Source of the DNA: an uncultured Bacteroidales bacterium
GTDB taxonomy: Bacteria; Bacteroidota; Bacteroidia; Bacteroidales; UBA10428
Assembly (NCBI GenBank): GCA_964406315.1
Contig: CAYORG010000007.1
Location: 19,245 to 83,244 of the forward strand
Length of the DNA stretch: 64,000 bases
Direction: 5' to 3'
In this document: positions 39,838 to 50,768 of the stretch, in pieces
Position numbering within the stretch: the first letter of the stretch is position 1
Layout: each line of letters begins with the position of its first letter
Program-made: the position numbers and the translations under genes
Notes under the pieces: generated by a model
Database searches by the model: none
Told to the model about the DNA's origin: nothing
Seen by the model: the letters and a program-made list of their open reading frames with translations, nothing else

Positions 39838-40575
39838 ATGAAACCTGATATTAAAATATTTACCAGGCCTGAAATAATGGCTGAGTCTCTGGCGGAAGAG
39901 TTTTATCGATATGTGAATGAGCGCTTAATCACCAGGAATAACTTGAACATTGCATTATCCGGAGGAAATACTCCGGTTTTATTTTTCAAATACCTTTGCG
40001 GATTTGATCAGCAAAAAGCGAATAAAATGGACTGGAGAAAAATCCATTTTTTTTGGGGAGATGAAAGATGTGTTCCTCCTGATCATGAGGAAAGCAATTA
40101 TGGAACTGCCAGGAATGTCTTATTCAGCAAAATAAACATACCGGAATCTAATATCCATCGTATAGAAGGAGAGAATAATCCTGAAGAAGAAGCGATACGA
40201 TATTCAGGTCTTCTCCAAAAACATGTTGAGAACAAAAGTGGAATACCTATTTTCGATTGGATATTTCTTGGATTAGGAGAAGATGGACATACCGGTTCTA
40301 TTTTCCCAAATCAGTTAGGACTAATCAATTCCAAAAAACTATGTGAAGTAGGTGTACATCCTGATACAGGTCAAAAACGGATAACCTTTACGGGAGCGGT
40401 ATTCAATATGGCAAAGCGAATTACTTTTCTGGCAACCGGTTCAAACAAGCAGGAAGTAGTTAAGCAAATCATTAACAGGGAAGCTGCTTCAAAGAATTAT
40501 CCGGCAGCAAAAATTCAACCACAAAACGGGATGATCGACTGGTACCTTGATGCTGAAGCTGCAGAACATATTTAG
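39838..40575 (+). CDS. pgl: 6-phosphogluconolactonase
   Basis: 245 aa with LSGGNTP, WGDERCVP and LGLGEDGHTGSIFP. Confidence 0.92.
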   Translation: MKPDIKIFTRPEIMAESLAEEFYRYVNERLITRNNLNIALSGGNTPVLFFKYLCGFDQQKANKMDWRKIHFFWGDERCVPPDHEESNYGTARNVLFSKINIPESNIHRIEGENNPEEEAIRYSGLLQKHVENKSGIPIFDWIFLGLGEDGHTGSIFPNQLGLINSKKLCEVGVHPDTGQKRITFTGAVFNMAKRITFLATGSNKQEVVKQIINREAASKNYPAAKIQPQNGMIDWYLDAEAAEHI

Positions 40576-40788
40576 TTTTTCAAGAGTTATCGTATCAGAT
40601 CCTTTTTGTTCAAATGATTCAGAAATCAGATATTTTTTCTATTCTGGAGATACTAAATAGCTCTCAATTGTAAACAAAAATTACATGTTTATATCTCAAA
40701 ACTTAGAATTGATCAAATACAAGTTCAGATTCTCGCATTATTGTAATACAGCTTTTAAATTTGTATAGTATTCCATGTTCTCAGAAAA

Positions 40789-41274
40789 GTGAAAAACCCA
40801 ACGAATCCACTGATTTATATTGTTGATCAGAATGCTGGTTACCGAAAAATACTATATGCATGTTTTCATGCTCTGAATTATACCAATCTGCAGACTTTCG
40901 AAACGTGCGAAGCATGTAATGAATCGGATGAGATACCCGATATCATTATTCTTGATCATTCAATGAAAGAATATCATATCTCAGGTCTGGATTTTTTAAT
41001 CAGTAAGAGAAGCAAGTATTCAAACACACATTTTCTTTTCTTCTCATCAGATGCCAATGCTGATGTTGCAGTACGATCAATAAAATGGGGCGCGAGTGAC
41101 TATTTTATCAAAAGCAAAAAAGGACTTGAACAACTGATTCATAGAATGGATACATTGATAAAATCATACAGAATAATTCGAAGAAAGAAAATTGTATACA
41201 ATGCTGCGGTAGTATCGTTAGGAATGTTCAGTCTGATTTTTGTAATCGCAATACTTATTTATAATGCTCCTTAA
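40789..41274 (+). CDS. stand-alone response-regulator receiver domain with C-terminal TM anchor
   Basis: 161 aa with a GTG start. REC pattern: IYIVDQ, phospho-acceptor context IIILDHSM, FFSS, DYFIKSKK. The last ~25 aa are hydrophobic (AAVVSLGMFSLIFVIAILIY). Confidence 0.6.
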   Translation: MKNPTNPLIYIVDQNAGYRKILYACFHALNYTNLQTFETCEACNESDEIPDIIILDHSMKEYHISGLDFLISKRSKYSNTHFLFFSSDANADVAVRSIKWGASDYFIKSKKGLEQLIHRMDTLIKSYRIIRRKKIVYNAAVVSLGMFSLIFVIAILIYNAP

Positions 41275-41288
41275 TAACCGGAGTAACA

Positions 41289-43256
41289 CTATTCTCCTTC
41301 AATTATTTTTCTTTTAATATCTATATTCTCTGTGTATTTTACTACACTGATGCTTACGTTTTCATTGTATCCGAAAATCCTGTTTCTTCTGAATGAATAT
41401 CCGGAAAGAAGAAGCTCGGGATGGTAAAAGCCTGCACAATCGCATGCTGATTCGGAATAATTTTTTCTTAACGGGATGAAATACATACCAAGATCATATC
41501 CCAGGAAAGTGTAGTTAATACCTGTACCCTTTGATGTGGTCATGAAGGGTTCGTATTTAAGAGTTGACCTGCATTTTTTAACAAATGATTTTACCAGGGG
41601 ATCGGAATAATCAATATAAAAAGGTGAGTAAAGTGTAACATTCAGATCATGAAAATGATCAATACGAATGCTCTTGAATTTTTGCCAGGCAGGCAATCCA
41701 AATACCTTTGTTTTATATGATTTATGAAGAAAATGAACTTTGGTAAGAATATCACTCACTTCAGGTTCATAAGAAGAAGCCACTATAATAATATTTTCAA
41801 TAGTATCGGATAAATATTTATTCAGATTGGCTTGTAATGAATCATTTATTAAAACTTCATGAAATAACAATGTGTCCTGATCAGGTATATCATGCAATTT
41901 CTTCAGAAGTATGGTTTTTAATTGTTCAGACTCATTTTGTTCGAAAAGTTTTCGCTTATAAATAAAAAATATATTCTTTTTGCGGTATTGAGCAATGTAT
42001 TCCGACCATATTTCCAATTCATCCTGATGTGAAGGAATTACCTGAAAAAGATTTGGATTATGCCTGAGGGTAGAATCATCCTTCATGAGTGGAGGAATAA
42101 ACGGAATTTTTTTCTCGGTTGAGAATTTATTCATTAACGCAATATTCTCGCGCAGGAAAGGTCCAATAATCAGATCAGGTTGCACTATTTCCAGATCGCC
42201 CAGTATCTTTTTCAATTGATTTGTATCTGCCTTCGTATCATATACAAAAAGGTTGATGTCAATATCTCTTTTTTTAAGGCTGTCAATTGCAAGTAGCAGT
42301 CCTTCATACAATTCAACAGCAACCCGACCTCTGAAGCCATTTTGTTTTTTATGAATTTCCTCTGAGTCAATAGTATCTTGCTCTGCACTCATTTCTATAC
42401 TGTAACGTTCGTCAGTAAAAAATGGCAAAGCAAGAGCAACCTTTACAGGAGTTCTCATTTTATATGCTGAGAAAATTGAATCACATTGATGTTGTGTAAA
42501 TTTTGCAAGACCGGTAACCAAAAGCATAGAATCGGAAGATATATCAAAATCAGTTGCATAATAAAAGTCCATTGGGGGAATAGTAATTACCTGTCCGGTT
42601 TTTAATCCCCACCTCAAACTTTCGTTTGTATTGATCAGAGCAGAAACAGAAACTCCATAATCTTTGGCAATACGATACAAAGTATCTCCTTGCTGAACAG
42701 TATAATACACTGGTTCTTCCTGCTTCTCTGATCCTTCAGTTACTTGTGGTTTTAAAAGATGTTCTTTGGGAATTTTAAGTATTTGTCCCGTGGCAATTGA
42801 ATTTTCACTTCCCGGATTATATTTAAAAATTGCAGCTAAAGGAATATTGTATTTCTTATGAATAGAAAATGTTGTCTCTCCTGACTGCACTTTGTGGAAG
42901 ATGAAATCCTCATTTTCTTTGACAGAATAAAGCGAAATAATTTTTTCAATGGATTTTGATTCTGATGTTTCAGGTATTCTTAAGATTTGTCCTATGGCAA
43001 GAGGGTCTAAGATTGCCGATGGATTTGCTTTTCGGATGTCCTCTAAAGTAACCTGATAAGTTTTGCAAATGGAATAGAGTGTATTCCCTTGAGCTACTTT
43101 GTGTATAAAATAAATTTTCCCCTGGTATATTATTTTTTGATCCGATTTAATGATGACAGGAGATTCATTTTGAGCAGTCGAAGTGTTTGATAAAAAAGAA
43201 ATAACTCCAATCAGAATTAGTATTGTGACATTGAGGTTTTTAATCATTGAAATCAT
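41289..43256 (-). CDS. LysM x3 protein fused to a periplasmic-binding-protein-like (type 1 PBP) domain
   Basis: 655 aa with a signal peptide. Three LysM repeats (HKVAQGNTLYSICKTYQV, HKVQSGETTFSIHKKYNI, YTVQQGDTLYRIAKDYGV), then a ~400-aa alpha/beta region. Confidence 0.7.
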   Translation of the reverse strand: MISMIKNLNVTILILIGVISFLSNTSTAQNESPVIIKSDQKIIYQGKIYFIHKVAQGNTLYSICKTYQVTLEDIRKANPSAILDPLAIGQILRIPETSESKSIEKIISLYSVKENEDFIFHKVQSGETTFSIHKKYNIPLAAIFKYNPGSENSIATGQILKIPKEHLLKPQVTEGSEKQEEPVYYTVQQGDTLYRIAKDYGVSVSALINTNESLRWGLKTGQVITIPPMDFYYATDFDISSDSMLLVTGLAKFTQHQCDSIFSAYKMRTPVKVALALPFFTDERYSIEMSAEQDTIDSEEIHKKQNGFRGRVAVELYEGLLLAIDSLKKRDIDINLFVYDTKADTNQLKKILGDLEIVQPDLIIGPFLRENIALMNKFSTEKKIPFIPPLMKDDSTLRHNPNLFQVIPSHQDELEIWSEYIAQYRKKNIFFIYKRKLFEQNESEQLKTILLKKLHDIPDQDTLLFHEVLINDSLQANLNKYLSDTIENIIIVASSYEPEVSDILTKVHFLHKSYKTKVFGLPAWQKFKSIRIDHFHDLNVTLYSPFYIDYSDPLVKSFVKKCRSTLKYEPFMTTSKGTGINYTFLGYDLGMYFIPLRKNYSESACDCAGFYHPELLLSGYSFRRNRIFGYNENVSISVVKYTENIDIKRKIIEGE

Positions 43257-43307
43257 GTAAAAGAATCACGTTAATACAACAGTTATGTTTATGATTTGTA
43301 GTAAGTC

Positions 43308-44252
43308 TTATACTTTGGAAAGAAAAGAGTTGATGTTGTTTTCAATCCTCTTCTTAAGGTCTTTGCTGTCTGCTTTATCAAAATCTTCACCGGTTATGTT
43401 CTCATAAAGTTCAATATACCTTTCACTAACTTCGGTAACAAATTCGTCAGACATCTCTGGTATTTTCTGACCCTCTTTGCCCTGAAATCCATTACTGATC
43501 AACCATTGTCTTACAAATTCTTTCGACAATTGTTTTTGTTGTTCTCCGGCATTGAAGCGATCCTGGTAACCATCCAGATAAAAATAACGTGATGAATCGG
43601 GAGTATGGATTTCATCAATCAGGTATATCATATCGTCCTTTTTCCCGAATTCGTATTTGGTATCAACAAGTATTAATCCCATCTGTTCCGCAATTTCAGT
43701 GCCTCTTTGGAACAGCTTATAAGTATATTCTTCAAGTTGTTTGAAATCTTCCTCTGAAACAAGTCCCTGGGATATAATTTCATCCCTTGATATGTCTTCA
43801 TCGTGTCCTTCTTCCGCTTTTGTTGTGGGTGTAATAATTGGTTTTTCGAATTTTTGGTGTTCACGCATGCCTTCCCGTAATCGTATGCCACACAAATTTC
43901 TGCTTCCGTCACGGTATTCTCTCCATGCATGCCCTGTCAGATATGCTCTGATAACCATTTCTACTTTGAAAGGTTCGGCAAAATGACCTACTGTAACCAT
44001 AGGATCAGGCGAAACAATTTTCCAATTGGGAACGATATCTGAAGTCGCATCCAGAAATTTTGATGCAATTTGATTCAGAACCTGACCTTTATAAGGGATA
44101 CCTCTTGGCAGCACAACATCAAATGCAGAAATACGATCAGTAACTATCATCACCATATACTTTTCGTTGATATTGTAAACATCGCGAACTTTGCCATAGT
44201 ATATTCCTTTCTGATTCTTAAAAGAGAAATTGGTCTTTGTTAATGCATGCAT
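43308..44252 (-). CDS. purC: phosphoribosylaminoimidazole-succinocarboxamide (SAICAR) synthase
   Basis: The start is moved to the ATG at 44252 ([18 protein letters not shown]) to avoid overlap with phoH. Long-type PurC motifs are present ([29 protein letters not shown]). Confidence 0.9.
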   Translation of the reverse strand: MHALTKTNFSFKNQKGIYYGKVRDVYNINEKYMVMIVTDRISAFDVVLPRGIPYKGQVLNQIASKFLDATSDIVPNWKIVSPDPMVTVGHFAEPFKVEMVIRAYLTGHAWREYRDGSRNLCGIRLREGMREHQKFEKPIITPTTKAEEGHDEDISRDEIISQGLVSEEDFKQLEEYTYKLFQRGTEIAEQMGLILVDTKYEFGKKDDMIYLIDEIHTPDSSRYFYLDGYQDRFNAGEQQKQLSKEFVRQWLISNGFQGKEGQKIPEMSDEFVTEVSERYIELYENITGEDFDKADSKDLKKRIENNINSFLSKV

Positions 44253-44262
44253 ATTATTCAGT

Positions 44263-45231
44263 TTATTTTTCGTTTTTATTATTATCATTTTTTGCGGTGC
44301 TATATGCTTCAATAATTTTTTTTACAAGATCATGTCTTACCACATCACGCAAATCAAAATGGACAACACCTATACCATGTATATTTTTTAGTATTTCCAG
44401 TGCCCGTAAAATGCCGGAGCTCTGACTTTTTGGAAGATCTATCTGGGTTGTATCTCCGGTGATTATGAACTTAGCATTTTTTCCCATGCGTGTAAGAAAC
44501 ATTTTCATTTGGTTGATGGTAGTATTCTGTCCTTCATCCAGTATTACAAATGCATTGTCGAGAGTTCGTCCCCGCATATAAGCAAGTGGTGCAATTTCAA
44601 TGGTTCCTTCCTCAATGTATGTTAGCAACCGCTTGGGAGGTATCATATCTCTCAGTGCATCATAGAGAGGTTGAAGGTAAGGATCGAGTTTTTCCTTCAT
44701 GTCTCCCGGAAGAAAACCCAGGCTTTCTCCGGCTTCAACCGCCGGACGGCATAGAATAATTCTTCTTACCTCTTTATTTCTGAGAGCACGCACTGCCAAA
44801 GCAATAGCCGTGTAAGTTTTTCCTGTACCTGCAGGACCAAGTGCAAAAAGCATATCATGCTTTTCGTATTCGTCTACCAGTTTTTGCTGATTTACAGATT
44901 TGGCTTTGATTTCCCTGCCATGATTTCCATAAACCAATACATCTGTCTTTTCAAGTTTTTTAGCAATCCAGGAGTCATCGTCGGCAGTAAGCAGGTCTTC
45001 TATATCCTGCATGGTAAGTTTATTGTATTTATGATAAAAAGCTATCAACAGGTCAAGCTTCTCTTCAAACAGATGAATTTCCCTTTCATCTCCAATTGCT
45101 ATAACTTCATGTCCCCGGGCCACTACTCTTAATTTCGGGAAACCTGATGCAAGTTTATTCAGAAGAATATTATTGACCCCATAGAGATTCACAGGATCAA
45201 CACCTTCCAAATATATCGACTTTTCGATCAT
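44263..45231 (-). CDS. phoH: PhoH-family ATPase
   Basis: 322 aa with Walker A GPAGTGKT, plus FVILDEGQN and [11 protein letters not shown]. Confidence 0.92.
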   Translation of the reverse strand: MIEKSIYLEGVDPVNLYGVNNILLNKLASGFPKLRVVARGHEVIAIGDEREIHLFEEKLDLLIAFYHKYNKLTMQDIEDLLTADDDSWIAKKLEKTDVLVYGNHGREIKAKSVNQQKLVDEYEKHDMLFALGPAGTGKTYTAIALAVRALRNKEVRRIILCRPAVEAGESLGFLPGDMKEKLDPYLQPLYDALRDMIPPKRLLTYIEEGTIEIAPLAYMRGRTLDNAFVILDEGQNTTINQMKMFLTRMGKNAKFIITGDTTQIDLPKSQSSGILRALEILKNIHGIGVVHFDLRDVVRHDLVKKIIEAYSTAKNDNNKNEK

Positions 45232-45325
45232 AAAAAATTTGACAATTATATGTACTTTTAAACCTTACAAAATAAACCTAATTTTTAAAGATATTCAATT
45301 TATTTGAACCTGTACATTCAGTTAA

Positions 45326-46138
45326 ATGTCATTAATTACTATAACTACCGATTGGAATAAAAGCGATTTCTACCTTGGCGCATTAAAAGGGAAAATATTA
45401 TCTGTTGATCCTTCAACGATTATTGTGGATATCAATCATCAGATACAGCCTTTTAATATCATGCAGGCAGCTTTTGTTTTACGCAATTGCTTTTATAATT
45501 TTCCACAAGGTACAATTCATATTATTGGGGTGAATGCGGCGTTGACTTCAAAGAAATCATTGCTTATTGTAAAGATCAAAGGACATTATTTTATTACTAC
45601 CGATAATGGCATTTGTGGTCTGATCTCGTCCGAAGAACCGGAAGCTGTGTACAGGGTGAAAAAATCTGAGATCAATAATAATTTTTTAAGTATAGATTCA
45701 TTTATTAAAACCGCGTTTCATATTCTCAATGGAGATGATTTACGAACCTTCTGTGAACCGGCTGAAAAGTACGTTAGGCAAGTACCCCTAAGACCTGTAA
45801 TTGATAAAAATCTTATCAATGGCAGTGTGATCTACATTGATTCTTTTTCAAATGCCATTACCAATGTATCAAAGGAGACTTTTCTCAAGGTTGGACAAGA
45901 CAAACCTTATGAAATTTTCATTCAGAGCAATCACTACAGGATAGATAAAATTAATGAGACATATGAAGATTCTCTTTCCGGAGAGCTGTTGGCGATTTTT
46001 AACTCTGTGAATCTTCTTGAAGTAGCAATTAACCATGGAAATGCGGCAGATCTGCTGAATTTAAAAATTAGTTCAGCAATAAGAATTAAATTTTACGATG
46101 AAAAACCGGGGAGTAAATTAACACTGACAGGAGAATAA
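45326..46138 (+). CDS. SAM hydroxide adenosyltransferase (DUF62, chlorinase/fluorinase family)
   Basis: 270 aa with an N-terminus typical of the family (ITITTDWNKSDFYLGALKG..DINHQIQPFNI). Confidence 0.7.
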   Translation: MSLITITTDWNKSDFYLGALKGKILSVDPSTIIVDINHQIQPFNIMQAAFVLRNCFYNFPQGTIHIIGVNAALTSKKSLLIVKIKGHYFITTDNGICGLISSEEPEAVYRVKKSEINNNFLSIDSFIKTAFHILNGDDLRTFCEPAEKYVRQVPLRPVIDKNLINGSVIYIDSFSNAITNVSKETFLKVGQDKPYEIFIQSNHYRIDKINETYEDSLSGELLAIFNSVNLLEVAINHGNAADLLNLKISSAIRIKFYDEKPGSKLTLTGE

Positions 46139-46149
46139 CTGCACTAACA

Positions 46150-46923
46150 ATGGAGAAAAGACTGGAATCGTTTAGGAGATTACTGAATATAATGGATGAA
46201 TTGCGTGAGAAATGTCCCTGGGACAGAGAACAAACAAATGGATCTTTAAGAAATTTAACCCTGGAAGAAGCGTATGAACTGGCAGAAGCAATAACGGAAA
46301 ATGATAACGAAGAAATTAAAAAAGAACTTGGAGACCTTTTGTTGCATATTGTATTCTATGCCAAAATAGCTTCTGAAACGAAAAAATTTGATATTGCCGA
46401 TGTCATTGATAGTTTGTGTGAGAAGCTTATTTTCAGGCACCCTCATGTTTTTGGCAATGTAGATGTAAAGAATGACCCTGAAAATGTAAAAAAGAACTGG
46501 GAAGAAATCAAACAACATGAAGGTGTGAAATCAATACTGACAGGTGTGCCTGTCTCTTTGCCTGCACTAATAAAGGCAAACAGAGTGCAGGAGAAAGTGC
46601 GGGCTGTGGGTTTTGACTGGGATGTACCGGAACAAATTTGGGACAAGGTAAATGAGGAGTTAAATGAACTCACTCACGAAGTGAATGACGGAAATAAAGA
46701 GGAAATTGAAAAAGAGTTTGGTGATCTTTTATTCTCGGTGGTAAATGCTGCAAGGTTGTATGGTATTGATCCGGAAAATGCATTGGAAAGAACAAATCGT
46801 AAGTTTATTAAGCGGTTCAATTATTTGGAAGAACATACGATAAAAAAGGGACGTTCGTTGAAAGAAATGACACTCAATGAAATGAATGAGATTTGGGAAG
46901 AAGCAAAAAAATATGATTCATAA
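46150..46923 (+). CDS. mazG: nucleoside triphosphate pyrophosphohydrolase MazG
   Basis: 257 aa with tandem MazG domains carrying EExxE motifs (LEEAYELAEAI, ELGDLL; NEELNELTHEV, EFGDLLF). Confidence 0.9.
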   Translation: MEKRLESFRRLLNIMDELREKCPWDREQTNGSLRNLTLEEAYELAEAITENDNEEIKKELGDLLLHIVFYAKIASETKKFDIADVIDSLCEKLIFRHPHVFGNVDVKNDPENVKKNWEEIKQHEGVKSILTGVPVSLPALIKANRVQEKVRAVGFDWDVPEQIWDKVNEELNELTHEVNDGNKEEIEKEFGDLLFSVVNAARLYGIDPENALERTNRKFIKRFNYLEEHTIKKGRSLKEMTLNEMNEIWEEAKKYDS

Positions 46924-46942
46924 CAATAATAAGTAGTTTTGC

Positions 46943-47470
46943 ATGATCAAAATTAAACTATATTTCAGTTTTATTCTTCTGTTCATAGCATTTTCCGGCG
47001 TCTTCGGACAGATCATTAAAACAAGACTCGATTTTGTTGGCGGTGTTTCTGCAAGAGAATATTTACACGGAGGCATAAGGTATCAATACACTGATATTAC
47101 ACAATTTGGAGTATATTATGGAGGAGACCTGGGAGTTTATCCGGAAATAGTTACAACCTGGTGTTTTGATCATATGATACATTTTGGCAAGCACGGATTT
47201 TATTCGAACAGACCTGCCTGGTATGCCCGGCAGGGATACACACATAAAAAAAGCATTGCAGCTGATAGAACATATAATTTTTCGTATATAAATATAGCGG
47301 CAGGAAGAGAATTTGGCATTAACAACTGGTTGGGCATAAATGCCGATTTGGGCCTGATCATGCAGGTAAGGGAAAGAATGGAGTGGAAAGATGCGGGTCT
47401 TGATGATATTTATGATAGCCAATGGTACTGGCTGGCCCTGTTCAGAATTCAGGTATTTGTTTCCCTGTAA
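46943..47470 (+). CDS. hypothetical small outer-membrane beta-barrel-like protein
   Basis: 175 aa with a signal peptide (FIAFSGVFGQ), aromatic/Gly-rich alternating strands, and a C-terminal ..RIQVFVSL. Confidence 0.45.
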   Translation: MIKIKLYFSFILLFIAFSGVFGQIIKTRLDFVGGVSAREYLHGGIRYQYTDITQFGVYYGGDLGVYPEIVTTWCFDHMIHFGKHGFYSNRPAWYARQGYTHKKSIAADRTYNFSYINIAAGREFGINNWLGINADLGLIMQVRERMEWKDAGLDDIYDSQWYWLALFRIQVFVSL

Positions 47471-47483
47471 TTAAAAAATGATA

Positions 47484-48665
47484 TCACTCTACTTCCGGTT
47501 CGTTTTCGTCGGGTTCACGACCGGTAATAGCTTCATATATTCTTGTTGGAACAGGAGGACAACCTTTAATAAAAATACCTTTGTCTTTCATAAACCGTGT
47601 ACAATTACCGACAAAAACAGTTCCTTCCATAGCATTATCAACTCCTTTGCCGATAGCAATATGAAATTTCCCGTCGTCCAAAACATAAGGAGTCATATCG
47701 TCTTTGAAGCGGCGCAGAAAAAGCATTAAAGTGGATAAACAGGCACTGCATGAATCTTTATCATAGATCGTAATGTTCTCAAATTCAACGGAAAGATTAG
47801 TTGGCGGTACCTCATAAGGTGAGATGTATTCCTCGTATGTTTCAGGAACAGTCATATATGCATTTGCTTCGATCGGCATATCCAGCCGTTTGGAAACCAG
47901 CCGCAGATGGGGTATGTCATAGGCTTTCAGGCCCATCAGAATGCAACCATAGACATCAGCTCCCAAGGGATGAAAACTGGCAATGCAAAAATCCGATTGT
48001 TTGGCTTTTCCGCCGGAAGGACCAAGTCCTTCCATGCCTATGTACCCGTCAATAACTGTCAGGTCAGGCAACAAGATAGTTGCCAGGTCAGCAATGGCTG
48101 AATCCAGTGTTTTTTCAGCGAATGACCCGTTCAGGTATTCCATCTGGTGGTAGCGTACTTTCTCATGCCGGTATAAACAGCCTTTCATGTTTTTAATACC
48201 AAGAGTAACGCCTGTATGCATGTGCGTTTTGGCTACGGGAACCGAAACCAGGATGTCGTATTCATAAATGGGTGAGCAGACCTTTGTTTCACTTACAACA
48301 CGACCGTTGACGATATCTTTCGTTACAGGTGGGTAAGCATCAAAATCAATTAGTTTTACTCCGTATCTTTCAGTTACTTCCGTAATGCCGCCTTTCTTAA
48401 ATGCAAAAAGTGTATCAATGCCCACAAGAGGACTTTCACCTACAGCAATATCAGAAGCTCCGGCCTTTTTCATCATTTCTATTACACCGGCAACAGCTTG
48501 AGGATGTGTATTATACCCACGGCCAACAGTAGCAGCCCTCCCTATATTGGGTTTTATAAGAACAGATTTTCCTTTAATAATGCCAAGATCAAGTGCTGAT
48601 AACGCCTTTTTCACGTTTTCAAACGGTCCCTGCTTCCCTGCAATACTGACAATAGGTTTTTTCAT
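47484..48665 (-). CDS. DUF362-domain protein
   Basis: 393 aa with a DUF362-like N-terminus (KSVLIKPNIGRAA, THPQAVAGVIE) and C-terminal Cys pairs (DSCSAC, GNCTRF..GCPP). Confidence 0.6.
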   Translation of the reverse strand: MKKPIVSIAGKQGPFENVKKALSALDLGIIKGKSVLIKPNIGRAATVGRGYNTHPQAVAGVIEMMKKAGASDIAVGESPLVGIDTLFAFKKGGITEVTERYGVKLIDFDAYPPVTKDIVNGRVVSETKVCSPIYEYDILVSVPVAKTHMHTGVTLGIKNMKGCLYRHEKVRYHQMEYLNGSFAEKTLDSAIADLATILLPDLTVIDGYIGMEGLGPSGGKAKQSDFCIASFHPLGADVYGCILMGLKAYDIPHLRLVSKRLDMPIEANAYMTVPETYEEYISPYEVPPTNLSVEFENITIYDKDSCSACLSTLMLFLRRFKDDMTPYVLDDGKFHIAIGKGVDNAMEGTVFVGNCTRFMKDKGIFIKGCPPVPTRIYEAITGREPDENEPEVE

Positions 48666-48970
48666 TACATGCGAAAGGTACCAAAAATAGTAAAAATGAA
48701 AGAATAAGGCTTAGCAGAGACTAAGAAATACTCGTCTGAGCAGTATTGTTATGTTTTTATAATCGTTCAGATTTAGGATTGGATTATCAGAGCGATGGAC
48801 AATAAATACAAAAGGATATCCTGCATCATACCGTCTGGTGTTCTAATTGTGTGACGCATAAAGATAATGAAAAGAATAAATAAAGCATATCTGTGAGGAT
48901 ATTTACAAACATAAATAATGAATTGATAATAGTAATTGCTATAACTGTCTTTTGTTAACGGAAATAATAT

Positions 48971-48978
48971 TATCTTTG
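48971..48978 (+). promoter_or_regulatory. candidate -7 promoter element (TATCTTTG) with upstream TTTG (48951-48954) for the DEAD-box helicase gene
   Basis: Matches TAnnTTTG, with a TTTG 20 nt upstream. This would give a ~85-nt leader before the ATG at 49068. Confidence 0.35.
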
Positions 48979-49067
48979 CGGCTTATTTAAGAAATTAATA
49001 CGATAGGTCCGCGGCGAAATCTCCTTCCTGGCTGGTTTTGATGAGGATCGACAGGAAAGGAAAAATC

Positions 49068-50756
49068 ATGATCAATTTTATGGATTCAGGTCTGCGACCT
49101 GAAATTTTAGATGCTATTGCTGAAATAGGATTCAATAGCCTGACACCTATTCAGGAAAAAACAATCCCGGTTTTACTTCATTCAAAAGGAGATCTGGTGG
49201 GACTGGCACAAACCGGTACGGGGAAAACCGCTGCTTTTGGTTTGCCTGTGATTCAGTTAACTGAGTTAAACGGTACACAAATTCAATCACTCGTACTTTG
49301 TCCGACGCGTGAATTATGTATCCAGATTACACGTGATCTGACAAAATATTCATCCAAAATTCCGGGATTCAGGATTGTTCCTGTTTATGGAGGAGCAAAT
49401 ATGGAACTGCAAATACGGGGACTGAAAAAGGGATGCCAGATTGTTGTTGGCACACCGGGCAGAGTGTTGGATCTGATCAGAAGAAAAGTGCTTCATCTTT
49501 CAGGTATCCGGTGGCTTATTCTGGATGAAGCGGATGAAATGCTGAATATGGGTTTCAAGGAAGATCTGGACGCTATTCTGGAAGAAACACCAAAAGAACG
49601 GCAAACATTGTTGTTCTCAGCCACTATGCGGAGGGAGGTTGCTGATATTGCAAATAAATACATGAACAATCCCGAAGAGATAGCGGTAGGCAAGCGAAAT
49701 GCCGGAGCTGAGAACGTACGTCATGAATATTATATGGTGCATTCACGTGACCGTTACCTGGCATTAAAAAGAATTGTTGATATTCATCCTTCTGTATATG
49801 GCATAGTTTTTTGTCGTACACGTCAGGAAACTAAAGATGTGGCCAATAAACTTATGCACGATGGGTATAATGCGGATGCGTTGCACGGCGATCTGTCACA
49901 ATCTCAGCGCGATTATGCCATGGACAGGTTCAGATTAAGGAATTTGCAGTTGTTGGTGGCTACAGATGTTGCCGCCAGAGGACTTGATGTGAATAACCTT
50001 ACTCATATTATTAACTATAACCTTCCGGATGATCTGGAAGTTTATATTCATCGAAGTGGACGCACAGGAAGGGCAGGGAAGAGTGGCGTTTCCGTTTCAA
50101 TAATTCATACGCGTGAAACCGGAAAAATAAAAGACCTTGAGCGGTTGACACAAAAGAAATTTGAACGAAAACCTGTTCCCGGCGGGAAAGAAGTCTGTGA
50201 GAAGCAATTGTACAATCTGGTTGATAAAATTGAAAAGGCAAAAGTGGATGAGAAGATTGAGCCTTTCCTGCCGGTAATTTATAAAAAGCTGGAATGGCTG
50301 AGTCGTGAGGAGCTTATTAAGCATTTTATCTCGGAAGAATTTAACCGGTTTCTTTCGTATTATAAAACAGCACCTGACCTGAATGTAAAAGCAGAGAGAT
50401 CAAATGATCGAGGTCCCAAAGGGAAAAACGGCAGTTATTCACGTTTCTTCACAAACCTGGGTTCTAAGAATGGGATGGATGCAGGAGGTATTATTTCGTT
50501 GATCAATAAACATACAAAGGGAAGCCGTATTGAGATCGGTAAGATCGATATCATGAAAAAGTTTTCCTTTTTTGAGGTAGCCAAACGAAATGAAACGGAA
50601 GTTTTATCAGCTCTGAAGAAAGCAAACTTTAAGGGTATACCTCTGGTTGTTCAATTATCAAAACCTGATAATAAAGCCATAAGACGGGATTCAGATTTCC
50701 CCAGGAAAAAAAGCAGGAAAAGTACAAACGGCAATTACAAAAACAGTCGATATTAG
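49068..50756 (+). CDS. DEAD-box ATP-dependent RNA helicase (DeaD/CsdA-like with DbpA-type C-terminal RNA-binding domain)
   Basis: Motifs AQTGTGKT, PTRELC, DEAD, SAT and HRSGRTGRAG, plus a basic C-terminal tail. The start is placed at the ATG at 49068, because the track start at 49038 is TTG. Confidence 0.92.
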   Translation: MINFMDSGLRPEILDAIAEIGFNSLTPIQEKTIPVLLHSKGDLVGLAQTGTGKTAAFGLPVIQLTELNGTQIQSLVLCPTRELCIQITRDLTKYSSKIPGFRIVPVYGGANMELQIRGLKKGCQIVVGTPGRVLDLIRRKVLHLSGIRWLILDEADEMLNMGFKEDLDAILEETPKERQTLLFSATMRREVADIANKYMNNPEEIAVGKRNAGAENVRHEYYMVHSRDRYLALKRIVDIHPSVYGIVFCRTRQETKDVANKLMHDGYNADALHGDLSQSQRDYAMDRFRLRNLQLLVATDVAARGLDVNNLTHIINYNLPDDLEVYIHRSGRTGRAGKSGVSVSIIHTRETGKIKDLERLTQKKFERKPVPGGKEVCEKQLYNLVDKIEKAKVDEKIEPFLPVIYKKLEWLSREELIKHFISEEFNRFLSYYKTAPDLNVKAERSNDRGPKGKNGSYSRFFTNLGSKNGMDAGGIISLINKHTKGSRIEIGKIDIMKKFSFFEVAKRNETEVLSALKKANFKGIPLVVQLSKPDNKAIRRDSDFPRKKSRKSTNGNYKNSRY

Positions 50757-50768
50757 AGGGGATATATT

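Noticed and set aside
40576-40660. Intrinsic terminator after pgl (tgatt-caga-aatca followed by gatatttttt)
   Set aside because: The stem is only 5 bp and AT-rich, which is too weak to annotate.
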